In this document: in pieces, positions 1 to 10,216 of the stretch
Layout: every line of letters begins with the position of its first letter
How positions within the stretch are numbered: the first letter of the stretch is position 1
Notes under the pieces: model-generated
Seen by the model: the letters and a program-made list of their open reading frames with translations, nothing else
The model's database searches: none
Told to the model about the DNA's origin: nothing
From: Trichomonas gallinae
Taxonomy: Eukaryota
Direction: 5' to 3'
Assembly: GCA_008369845.1 (NCBI GenBank)
Contig: MRSU01011608.1
Span: 1 to 53,235, forward strand
DNA length: 53,235 bases
Program-made: the position numbers and the translations under genes

Positions 1-369
1 AAATGAAAGTTGTTGTTGATTTTAGCTTGAATAGAAGAAAAATGAACTCATGTATGCAGTATCAAGTGATTGCTTTAAATAATGCTAATTCAGGGCGATT
101 TTTCATGAAATATTTTGATTACGAATCATCTGAAGTAAAATTGTTATTTGACTTATATTACATCAATAAAGTTAATGTAAATGCAAAATGCATGCATGTT
201 TATATTTCATACAAGCTATTTTTAATCGATTAAAAATGAAATTTGCATTGATTTTGTAATCATATAAGAAGGTACATCTCATATTATGACTTGAGTGACC
301 ATAAACGTGCTTTGATATTTGCTAATTCAAATCAGAAAATGATCAAAACAATTTTTGTCACTTTTATTA

Positions 370-513
370 TTACCCTTGTTTTTTTCAACATTTACCCATT
401 TATAATGCATATAGAACGTAATATCTATTATGGTGTTATATCCAAAATATTGACGAAAAAACCTAACCGAAAACACACATTTACCCTTGTGTTTTACCAA
501 GATTTACCCATTT
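370..513. repeat. Imperfect ~32-bp direct repeat (370-401 and 481-513)
   Basis: ttacccttgtttttttcaacatttacccattt versus ttacccttgtgttttaccaagatttacccattt. Confidence 0.7.
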
Positions 514-665
514 GCCATGCACACATGATACATTAACTAATACTAGGTCAAACCCAATAATAGGATAATTTCAAAAATAAAATGTATAATTTTTAAGGTT
601 ATCATTTGACACTTTTGAGAAATTGTCACATTTTTTGTAACGAAAATTTAGGAAGAAAGAAAAAA

Positions 666-3600
666 ATGAACAGCTCATTTCACGTAGAACCAGAGCTGGG
701 CATATTTCCTCCTATTTACATACACTCTGAAACACGAATTGTAGTCAAAATTGTGAATGATCGCGACAAATTCTTAAATTACGAATTTAGAAAATTGCCA
801 AATCAAAGCGAAGAGCAGCAATTACTAGATTATTTCGATCATTATGATCCAGAGGAAAGAAAAAGAGCGACAAATTTACTACTATTCGAATCAAGAAGTT
901 TTCAGATCGAAAATTTAACAGGAATAATTTATCCTCACGGCTCTCAACAGATAATAATCACATATAAACCGCAAGAAGCTGCAGTTCACGAGGAAAAATT
1001 ATACCTTATCGATACAGAATCTGGGGAACGATTTCCGTTTTCTCTGAGAGGTGTAGGAATCCCTCCAAAAGCATCACTAAGCGCCGAAATGATCAACTGT
1101 GGTCATGTTGCACTCGATATGAGCTACGAGTATCAAATATATCTCAAAAATTCTGGTGAAATTCCGTTATCTTTTCAAATTAAGAACGACAGAGAACGAG
1201 ATCTGAACTACAGTTTTACACCACAATCCGGTATCGTCAACCCAGATGAGAACTTACCTATAACAATTCGAGTTGAAGCAACAAAAGTTGGTCAATTTTA
1301 CGAGAAATTTGAGGTAAACATCGATGAATGCCCTATAAATGCATTACAATTCATAATAAGTGGCAGAGTTATTGGCCCTTCGTTTGAAATTAATCCAAAA
1401 CGAATTAATTTTGGAACTGTTTCATATGGATTCGTTTACACACAAATGTTCGATATAAAGAATACGAGTGACATACCTTTGGACTTTTCTATTGCTGTTC
1501 CACAAGATCCTACATTTGATAAGCGAGTTTTCTCAGTTTTTCCAGATTTTGGCACTGTACAGCCTCAGAACAAGATGACAGTTAAATTAGAATTCCTTCC
1601 AAACATATTAAAAGTCTACAATGCAGAAATGGTTATTTCAAATCCAAAATATGAGCATCCATTAGTAACTATTCCTATATCAGGCACATGTATCTGCCCA
1701 AATATCATTGTTTCTACACCAGATGTTAATATTGGTGATTGTTATATAGGACATCGCGGAATTGTTAAAGTTACACTGCAAAATCAGTCAATGTTCCCAG
1801 GCAAATACGAATATATAGATATAGATGATCCATCCATGCTCGACTACGACTTTGAAATCGATCAGCCAACAGGAGTAATTCCAGCGAGATCAAAAACAGA
1901 CATAGTTTTCTTTTTAACAGCCAGACAAATCGGTCCGTTTAGTTTCACGAGGCATATCAAGATAATAGGGAGTGGAAAGCGAACATTTTCCATTCATGGA
2001 ATTTCTACTGGTCCAACAATAGTTTTTGATCCACCAAACATCGATTTTCAGACAATCAACGTTTTACAGGAAATAATCCAAATATTAACCGTTTCAAATA
2101 AATCTCCAATTCCAGCACCATATTCGATCGAGCTTAAATCAGATGTATTCTGGGTGGAGACATCACGGAGCACAATAAATCCATATGATCAGCACCAAAT
2201 TGTTGTGCACGCGAATGTTAATGATTGCTTGAAATTTAGTTCGGAATTATTTTTCGTTTTCAATTATTTGACGCCAATAACAATTCCTGTCACTGCTAAA
2301 GGCACTGGATATCCAATAGTTCCAAGCATCGGCTTGAGTGAAATAGAATTGGGACACTCTTTCATTGATGACGCTGTTACAAGAGAATTTACATTAGTTA
2401 ACAAAGGCAGGAGAAACTTCGAAATCAAATGGGAAGGAAAGAACCAAAAAGAAACAAAAAACGCGCCATCATTGCAAATCATGCCAGAGCAGAGAGTCAT
2501 ATTTCCTGGTGATGAGATATTGTTCACTATAAACGTGAATTCAAAGAAGCCAATGAACTACAACATCCCTTTGACTTGCATTTTGTCAATCGGCAAGAAA
2601 AAAGTAAATTTGTTCAGGCCAGTGATAAAAGGAACATTCATACAACCGATCGTTGAATTCGAAAACAACGAACTCGTCTTCGAATACAAACACGACTGCG
2701 TAAGGGAAGAAGAAATAACTGGCCCGCAAACTCAAGGAAATTCATCTGTTTTGATGCAACCTTCAAAAGAACTCATGGAGAAAATCACAAAAGAAACTTA
2801 TTTCATATTAAGATGCGAATCTGCAATAAAACTTACAGCATCTACAGAATATCCGTTCGAAATCACTCCTACTGAATTCGTTGCTATTCCAGACGTCCCG
2901 ACAAAGTTTTGGGTTACTTTTGATCCTTCAGTCAAGACAAACTTTTTAAACGAAGTAATTAAGTCCCAAATATTCTTCTCTTATTCATTCAATGCTGAAA
3001 AATTGCATATTGATTTAGTTGGCAAATTGATGTTCGCAAATATATCATTCAACAATGTAACAAACTCAACAATTGATTTCGGCACGAAAATTGAAGACTC
3101 TGAGAACCAGACTCTTGTTTCTATGTCTAATAATGGCGAAGTCGTTGTTGAATATGAATGGACTTTGTTGAAAACAGGCCCTGATGATGGAAAGAAGAAT
3201 GTTTTCGACATCTTCCCAATCAGAGGAAAGTTATATCCGAATTCCACAGAATTAATTTCAGTTTCATTCAAAGCTTTGTCAGATGAACACCAAACTTCAC
3301 ATTTCGCGACAGCTTTGTGCCATGTTATTGGTGGACCTGATTACACATTCACACTCAAAGGAAATGCAACACCACTAAAATATAAAGTTTCTCCGACAGA
3401 AATCGATTTTGGAAAACGTCTTTACAACGATAATCTTACTACAGCAATTGTAATCGAAAACTTGTCAATGATCGATTTACCTTACAAAATACAAATACCG
3501 AGAAAGATGAAGTTTTCTTCTCTAACGATTGACCCTCAGAAAGATGTGATTCCACCGAATTCTATCAGAACAATAAATGTTGCAATCATGCCAGGTTCAC

Positions 3601-6600
3601 CAGCGAATTACAAAGAATATGTTTATCTTAAAATAGACCAATTCGATGAGATAGAAATTTGTTTCACAGTTGAATGCTCATTCAGCCAACTCAAGCTTGA
3701 AATACCAAGATCAGACAAAGACATTTTGCTGAAACAACAAGCGAAGAACAAAGTCGAAAAACCATTGGAGTCTATTGAAAAAGAATTGTTTATTCAGAAC
3801 ATCAATCAAAGAGAATGCACACCAATCAAACAGAGAGTTATGATGTCTAGGAAAGGTTTGAGACAATTCCAAGGAAATTATTTGTCGCATTTCATTATTG
3901 ATTTCGGCCAAATCATTTTAGGTCAATCGTTGACGAAATCTTATAATTTCACTTCACTTTCTCCTCTTCCTTCTAGTTTTGAATTATTGGATGATGTATT
4001 GCAGAATTCTGGATTTACTTTTGCGACAAAAACTTTTTCGCAGCTATATCAAAATGAAAGATACTGCATTGAAGTGAATTTCAACACTTCGCCAAATCTA
4101 AAGAAAATCGGAAAAGTTTTGTACGAAATTCCTCTGATTTTCCCTGATGAAAATGCTTATTTGATCGAAATCCGCGGCTTTATTAAAATCCCAACATTAA
4201 CTTATTCTTCGCTTAATTTAGATTTCGAAGAAACAATCGTCGGACAATCGCGAACAAAAACAATTCAGATCAGGAACATGAATCCTGTTCCAATTGAAAT
4301 GCATTTGCAAAACGCAGTTCCTACTTCACCATTAGAGAGACAAGTACTCAAAGAAAGTCCATTCACTTCTGACATACAGAAAGTCACATTCGAGCCATAT
4401 TCTTTCTTGAATGTTAACATTAAGTTCACACCAATTTTCGAAAGAACTTTTGCTTTCCAATTCGGAATACATATACCTCTCAACGCTCCTTATGTTAATA
4501 ACATTGATCACATACAGTGCAACGGTTCATCAGTTGACATGAAAATTACTTTTGAACCCCAGCAAATTAACTTCAAACCAATCAATGCTTTCAGCGATGA
4601 ATTCCCTGAAACAGAATTCAAGATGGTGAATAACAACAAATATCCAATAACAATTATTTCCAATCAATATGATTTCCAGTTACTACAGGAACAGATACAA
4701 ATTACTCCACCAAGTTTATTGGAATCGCCAAGCCAAAACTCATCATCAGCAAAGTTGAATGTTAATATTTCAGAAGAAAGCTTGAATATAAATGTTGAGC
4801 CAATTATTGATAACTCACCAAGACAGATGCCTATTTGCGTTATAATCCATGGAGTCCCGAAGAGTGGAAAAACAACTTTATGCAAGAAAGTCTCTGAGTA
4901 TTTGGATCTACCTCTTCTTTGTCCTAAATCGATATTCGAAGGTAAAAGCGATATAACCGAATGCAAGAATTTGCTTGCAGAGATTATCAAAATGCCATCA
5001 TTTGCTCGCGGCATGATTATTGATGGATTGGATGGTTTCGATGATCCCCCTGAAACTGAGCCATTCATTACTCAAACGCTCAAGAAAGAGAAAAAGTTGC
5101 ACGAAGAGCTTGCAAAGAATCCGTTTTTAGCTTTACCTCATCAATTTTTGACAGGATCAGAGCAGATGCTTGATTTATTACTTTCGATAATGCCAGAGTC
5201 AAGATTCTTTGGTATTTTCATGAATACTAATCAAGAAGCACTTACAAGGAACGAAATGGTTGCAACAGTCGAGCAACAAAGACAAGAAGAAGAAAGGAGA
5301 AGAAATGAAAAAGAAAGATTCTTTAATATGAATGAAGAAGAATATTTATCCCTGCCAAAAGATGAGCAACAAAGAGTAGACACAGCACGTGCGAAATACA
5401 GAAGTGAACTTCTCCAACTTCCAAACACTGAAATGAGATCTCAACCAATATCAGCGAGACTTGCATTAAATAGAAACATAAAAGCGCAGCCAACAAGCGC
5501 AAAAATCGGCCTCAAGAAATCAAATGCACAAAAAGAAGGAAACAACTATATTTTGTTCTTGGGTTCATTGGCACATAAATTACGTGAGAAAGAAAGCATT
5601 GCAATTGATCCTTTAGTTTTGGTTCCAAACGATAAATGCACAGATCCTCATAATGTTAATTGCATTTTCGTTGATGCAAATGATGATGAACCTTTCCAAA
5701 GAGTGACATACTTCCTTCCTCCTTATAAAGATTTTGTCAAGAAGTTAATGGATCTTCAAATTCCAGGACCAAAATTGATTCTTCCTTCTGATTTAACCGA
5801 AAATGATAAGCTAAGATTGGAAGATTCTCCACTTTACTTTTCTTTAGTCAACTCTGAGTTACCTTATTCTATCAAGGAAGAACCTAAAGAATCAACAAAG
5901 GATGTTTCAAAGAGAATTAGAGGATCAAGGAGACAGGAAAGAGATCCACCTCCTCAAGTTGGCTACGAACAACTTTATGAAGGAATTAATCTGATGAATT
6001 ACACAAAAAGGTGGGAATTAAATCCAGGAGAAAGTGTTTCGCTCAAAGTGAACTTCACTGGCCAAGCAATTGGCGAATATACTGATTCATTGAGATTTTC
6101 TATTTTGGATGCATCAAATTATGTATTTTCGATTGAATTGACAGCAAAAGTCGTTTATCCTGATATCGACAGATCCAATGAATCAATTTTCAGCAGAATT
6201 GTTCCCAAATACAACACGAAAATCAAAAGCTCATTTATCAAAGAAACAAACGAATTTAATTTCGGCTGCATTTTATCACAGCTCGGAAAAATTGGTGGAA
6301 AAGGTTTTGTTCCAGCTTTCAAGCAGTCTTTTAGATTGTTTAATCCAGGAGCATTGCCTTGCGAAATATCACCACTTTTGACTGAAACAAACTCTAAAAC
6401 TGTTCAATGGGCAATCGAACAAAAGAGTATAACAGTTAAACCACAAGAAGAGTCGAGTGTTTCAATCACTGTCCATCCAATTGCTCCTGATGTCATCCAC
6501 AACAAGTTACAGCTTTACATTAAAAATAATCCGGAGCCGATATCTATTCCGATTGTTGCTGATGTTTGTGTTCCTCAGTTAACATTTTCAACTCTGAGTG

Positions 6601-9569
6601 TTGACTTCGACAAGATACTGATAGGAGCAGAGAAAACAATCAGAATTTCTGTGACAAACAGCGGAAAAGTTCCAGCATCATTTTCATTAAAAGGAGCAAA
6701 TTCATTGAGCGAAAACATTAAATTTACAAATGATTCAGGGAAATTGCAGTGTGGACAATCTATGTCTTTTGGCATTGTATTTTCATCTGTCAAAGCTGTC
6801 ATCGTCAAAAAATCACTCGACATAAGTATAATGGAAGAAAATGCTGAAAAAGTTTATTCAGTTTTGCATATGAATATCAACGCTGAAGCATATGAAACAC
6901 TTTATGACTTCACGAAGCCTAAAGACATCAGGGATGGAAACATAGATTTTGACACATTAAGAGTGAAAGGCAAGAAAGACATTACATGTTATTTGAAGAA
7001 CAAAGGAAAGTATCCTATAAGCTATTCAGTCGAAATTCGCAAGAAAGTTCCTTTCGTTACTGTCTCAGTCACGGAAGGAGTTATTAATTCAGGCGACAAG
7101 CCTCTTCCAATTGTTTTCTCGTTCAATCCACAGAGGCAAATTAAAATCACAAAGAAAGAGTTGTGTATTATCAAGATAACTGATACAACGAGTAACACTC
7201 AAACAACTTCATTCACTTTGACTGTTTCGGGTGAAAGCGTTTTCAGTGTATTTGATATTACACCACAACAGTTGCTTGATTTTGGACCTTGCATCACTGG
7301 AAACAACTACACAAGGAACTTGGAGATTTCAAATAATGGATACTTCCCATTCGACTGGGAAATCTTGTTAAACAACGAGCAAGAAGACAAAGAGTCAAAC
7401 AACGGAAAAGGAAAACCAAAGAAGAAGCCACCACAAAAGAAAGGCAAAGCTAAGCTTACAATCGGTCAATTCACAATAATGAATAACACAGGAACAATTG
7501 AACCGAATTCTAAAGAATCAATTGCAATTGAATTCACGTCGCCACAAGATGGCTCTTATTCGAATAATTTTTACATCAAAATCTCAAATGTTCCAGATAA
7601 TTTATCTTTCATTAATTACAATTTGAGTGCAAAAACATTCACACCTATAGCTGATCTAAAGAATTGTGATGATGTATTTGGCGAATTCAGAATTTGCGCG
7701 CGTGAAGATTTAACAAGAAAAGAATCAACATCATTTTTGGAAGATGAAAATTGTGTTCACTTCACTAATATCAAAGTTGGAGGAACAGAAAAGGTAATTG
7801 TTAATGTTCCTAATCATTTACCAGTTCCTTGCATTGTCATTCCTTCTTTAACCCAGCTTAACACGCCATTCACAATTTCTAAAAATGAGATTGAAATCCC
7901 AGCACTTTCTAAAATTCCTATTGAATTAGCTTTCAGTCCAACACAAGGCGGAGACTTCAAGAACACTTTAATGTTCAAGATGAAAGCTAAAGAGAAGCAG
8001 AAAGATCCAGTTCCTGTTTTAGCTCAATACCAAATAGAAGGAAGCGCAACTGTTCCTGCAATAGAGTTCGAAGACAATCTAGAAGCTCACAATTTCGGCA
8101 GAACTCTTTTGTCAATGAAGAGAGAGAAAATCGTCAAATTCAAGAATATAACAGGCATTCCACTGAATGTTAGGATGAAATATGACAGAAACAAGAATTT
8201 CACAATCGAAGAACTCCCTGTTAATGAGATTCTCCCAGATAATGAATTGCAGTTCAAAGTTACTTTCAATCCAATTGATGATGGCGAAAAGAAGTTAGAA
8301 CTTATGATATTAATTGAAAACATTCACATTTATAGAATCAATTTCTCTGGAGAAGGGCATCATGAAGAATTAGTTATTGACGCTGATTCATTTGAAGAAG
8401 ACACCATATTATTCGATGACGTTGTTGTTGATCAAACATCTTCTAAGATGATGTATATGAGAAACATGTCAAATGAGTACATCAAGTTTGACTGGAATAT
8501 ACAACATTCTGATCTTATCTTTTCTCCTTCAATGGGCCATATTCCACCAAAAACAACTGAGCAGATAAGGATCAGTTTCAAGTCTGAAAAGCCGCAGAAA
8601 ATCAACACTAAAGCAATTTGCCAATGGTCCAAAATCCACAGAGAAACAACTGAGAGATGGAATGACAATATTATCGTAAAGAGATTCGATATAGCGCAGC
8701 CTCCCACACCAGTTGGCAATAGAAAATCTCCTAGAAACTCGAATCGCAGAAAGATTCCTGCATCGCCATCGCAGAATTTCATACAAACAACTGAAATTGC
8801 TCCAGAACCAGAATACAAGACAGTCGCTAAAGGAAAAGACATCCCTGTCAAAATCAATATTTTCTGCGATAACATCAAAGTCGTCACAAGTTTGTCAGAT
8901 AGTCTTAAAGAGAAAGAGAATTGCAATGCAATCAACTTTTCGTCAACAATGATGTATGAAACGCGTGTGACAAATCTTTATTTGATAAATCAGTCAAACA
9001 TCAAAATCTCGTATGAGTTGAAGTTTTCTAATTACGAATGTGGAGGCTTCAGTGATTCACCATTCTCAGTTCATCCAAAACAAGGATATATTCCAAGCAA
9101 CAGCTCAATTCCTCTTACAGTTTACTTCTCACCTCTTTCTGTCGACGATTATTCTATCGACATGACAATCAAACTTCCTGATGTTAACGAAAACCAAACA
9201 ATCAAAATCAGTGGAACATCAATCAGGCCAATCTGCCACATCGATGCTCTTAACGCTAAAGATCTTCCTGGTGGCCGCAAGTCGATCACAATATTCTCAG
9301 AAGCAGTTGGAACAATGACACCTGTTAAGTTTGGAATCCGCAACACCACAAACTGTATCTATGAAGCGAAAATTTATCAAGTTGATGGCCCACGATGCAT
9401 TAAGTGTCTCACTCCTTCACCTGTCATTGGCTCTGGTCGAAGATATGAACTTGCATTCGAGTTCACCCCTAAGACAACAAGAGCAACAGAGACAACATGG
9501 GTCATCGACATTCCTGAATATTCACTTAAGCAAACACTCATAATTGTTGGCCATGTTTGCCCTAAGTGA
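666..9569 (+). CDS. HYDIN: Hydin-like axonemal central-pair protein (about 2967 aa)
   Basis: Many tandem ASH/PapD-like beta domains with the pattern 'FG.V..G....' / 'L.N.G..P..F' / 'P..G.I.P'. A central P-loop segment (IIHGVPKSGKTT, ~4842-4877) and a charged coil follow, which is the Hydin architecture. The ORF-track start at 606 is TTG; first ATG is 666. Confidence 0.85.
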   Translation: MNSSFHVEPELGIFPPIYIHSETRIVVKIVNDRDKFLNYEFRKLPNQSEEQQLLDYFDHYDPEERKRATNLLLFESRSFQIENLTGIIYPHGSQQIIITYKPQEAAVHEEKLYLIDTESGERFPFSLRGVGIPPKASLSAEMINCGHVALDMSYEYQIYLKNSGEIPLSFQIKNDRERDLNYSFTPQSGIVNPDENLPITIRVEATKVGQFYEKFEVNIDECPINALQFIISGRVIGPSFEINPKRINFGTVSYGFVYTQMFDIKNTSDIPLDFSIAVPQDPTFDKRVFSVFPDFGTVQPQNKMTVKLEFLPNILKVYNAEMVISNPKYEHPLVTIPISGTCICPNIIVSTPDVNIGDCYIGHRGIVKVTLQNQSMFPGKYEYIDIDDPSMLDYDFEIDQPTGVIPARSKTDIVFFLTARQIGPFSFTRHIKIIGSGKRTFSIHGISTGPTIVFDPPNIDFQTINVLQEIIQILTVSNKSPIPAPYSIELKSDVFWVETSRSTINPYDQHQIVVHANVNDCLKFSSELFFVFNYLTPITIPVTAKGTGYPIVPSIGLSEIELGHSFIDDAVTREFTLVNKGRRNFEIKWEGKNQKETKNAPSLQIMPEQRVIFPGDEILFTINVNSKKPMNYNIPLTCILSIGKKKVNLFRPVIKGTFIQPIVEFENNELVFEYKHDCVREEEITGPQTQGNSSVLMQPSKELMEKITKETYFILRCESAIKLTASTEYPFEITPTEFVAIPDVPTKFWVTFDPSVKTNFLNEVIKSQIFFSYSFNAEKLHIDLVGKLMFANISFNNVTNSTIDFGTKIEDSENQTLVSMSNNGEVVVEYEWTLLKTGPDDGKKNVFDIFPIRGKLYPNSTELISVSFKALSDEHQTSHFATALCHVIGGPDYTFTLKGNATPLKYKVSPTEIDFGKRLYNDNLTTAIVIENLSMIDLPYKIQIPRKMKFSSLTIDPQKDVIPPNSIRTINVAIMPGSPANYKEYVYLKIDQFDEIEICFTVECSFSQLKLEIPRSDKDILLKQQAKNKVEKPLESIEKELFIQNINQRECTPIKQRVMMSRKGLRQFQGNYLSHFIIDFGQIILGQSLTKSYNFTSLSPLPSSFELLDDVLQNSGFTFATKTFSQLYQNERYCIEVNFNTSPNLKKIGKVLYEIPLIFPDENAYLIEIRGFIKIPTLTYSSLNLDFEETIVGQSRTKTIQIRNMNPVPIEMHLQNAVPTSPLERQVLKESPFTSDIQKVTFEPYSFLNVNIKFTPIFERTFAFQFGIHIPLNAPYVNNIDHIQCNGSSVDMKITFEPQQINFKPINAFSDEFPETEFKMVNNNKYPITIISNQYDFQLLQEQIQITPPSLLESPSQNSSSAKLNVNISEESLNINVEPIIDNSPRQMPICVIIHGVPKSGKTTLCKKVSEYLDLPLLCPKSIFEGKSDITECKNLLAEIIKMPSFARGMIIDGLDGFDDPPETEPFITQTLKKEKKLHEELAKNPFLALPHQFLTGSEQMLDLLLSIMPESRFFGIFMNTNQEALTRNEMVATVEQQRQEEERRRNEKERFFNMNEEEYLSLPKDEQQRVDTARAKYRSELLQLPNTEMRSQPISARLALNRNIKAQPTSAKIGLKKSNAQKEGNNYILFLGSLAHKLREKESIAIDPLVLVPNDKCTDPHNVNCIFVDANDDEPFQRVTYFLPPYKDFVKKLMDLQIPGPKLILPSDLTENDKLRLEDSPLYFSLVNSELPYSIKEEPKESTKDVSKRIRGSRRQERDPPPQVGYEQLYEGINLMNYTKRWELNPGESVSLKVNFTGQAIGEYTDSLRFSILDASNYVFSIELTAKVVYPDIDRSNESIFSRIVPKYNTKIKSSFIKETNEFNFGCILSQLGKIGGKGFVPAFKQSFRLFNPGALPCEISPLLTETNSKTVQWAIEQKSITVKPQEESSVSITVHPIAPDVIHNKLQLYIKNNPEPISIPIVADVCVPQLTFSTLSVDFDKILIGAEKTIRISVTNSGKVPASFSLKGANSLSENIKFTNDSGKLQCGQSMSFGIVFSSVKAVIVKKSLDISIMEENAEKVYSVLHMNINAEAYETLYDFTKPKDIRDGNIDFDTLRVKGKKDITCYLKNKGKYPISYSVEIRKKVPFVTVSVTEGVINSGDKPLPIVFSFNPQRQIKITKKELCIIKITDTTSNTQTTSFTLTVSGESVFSVFDITPQQLLDFGPCITGNNYTRNLEISNNGYFPFDWEILLNNEQEDKESNNGKGKPKKKPPQKKGKAKLTIGQFTIMNNTGTIEPNSKESIAIEFTSPQDGSYSNNFYIKISNVPDNLSFINYNLSAKTFTPIADLKNCDDVFGEFRICAREDLTRKESTSFLEDENCVHFTNIKVGGTEKVIVNVPNHLPVPCIVIPSLTQLNTPFTISKNEIEIPALSKIPIELAFSPTQGGDFKNTLMFKMKAKEKQKDPVPVLAQYQIEGSATVPAIEFEDNLEAHNFGRTLLSMKREKIVKFKNITGIPLNVRMKYDRNKNFTIEELPVNEILPDNELQFKVTFNPIDDGEKKLELMILIENIHIYRINFSGEGHHEELVIDADSFEEDTILFDDVVVDQTSSKMMYMRNMSNEYIKFDWNIQHSDLIFSPSMGHIPPKTTEQIRISFKSEKPQKINTKAICQWSKIHRETTERWNDNIIVKRFDIAQPPTPVGNRKSPRNSNRRKIPASPSQNFIQTTEIAPEPEYKTVAKGKDIPVKINIFCDNIKVVTSLSDSLKEKENCNAINFSSTMMYETRVTNLYLINQSNIKISYELKFSNYECGGFSDSPFSVHPKQGYIPSNSSIPLTVYFSPLSVDDYSIDMTIKLPDVNENQTIKISGTSIRPICHIDALNAKDLPGGRKSITIFSEAVGTMTPVKFGIRNTTNCIYEAKIYQVDGPRCIKCLTPSPVIGSGRRYELAFEFTPKTTRATETTWVIDIPEYSLKQTLIIVGHVCPK

Positions 9570-10199
9570 TTATTTTTTATTTGTTTTTATTTTTTATTGT
9601 AAATATTATTTTATTGAATTATGTTATGCGATTCTATGAACATCAAGATACTGGGCCAAAACCATACAACTGATACTATAGAATTCAAAATTCGTATTAC
9701 AATATTTGCAAATAAAACAAATATTCATTGGTTTCACATGTACATAGCGCATCGTTTAAAATTAAATATAAATACATTTCGATATTGCTAAATCTTGTTT
9801 ATTGTCAATATCGATTTAATAATGAATATAAATACATATATAATAGCATATGTTGAAATCAAATAAGTGATTTTTCTTTGGTGATATTTCCAACGATATT
9901 TTCGAAATCGGAGTTGCCCTATTTCACGTTGTGTGTTAATTACAATCATGATATTAAAAATATATTTCATGTTAACATATTAAAATCGCTTAATTTACCT
10001 TAAAGTTTTGTCACTTTTTATATTTTTTATTTTATTAAATTCTTTAAATACATTACAAGTCCCACCAAATTTGTATAAATCATGAAATTGAATTCATTAC
10101 GTCGTTATTAATATTGAAAAAGTTTCATTTTACCCTGATTTTTTTTTTTGCTGTGATTAGATGTATTATCATCTATATATCATATTAAAAATTGCAGAT

Positions 10200-10213
10200 T
10201 CATTAAAAGTGAC
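10200..10213 (+). promoter_or_regulatory. Initiator (TCATTA) plus M2-type motif AAAGTGAC directly upstream of the ATG at 10217
   Basis: Sequence tcattaaaagtgacaaaATG matches the trichomonad Inr and the AAAGTGAC core-promoter/5'UTR motif. Confidence 0.7.
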
Positions 10214-10216
10214 AAA

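Noticed and set aside
3..536. ORFs 3-233 and 291-536, and similar short AT-rich intergenic ORFs
   Set aside because: I/F/K/N-rich translations typical of non-coding AT-rich DNA, with no domain evidence.
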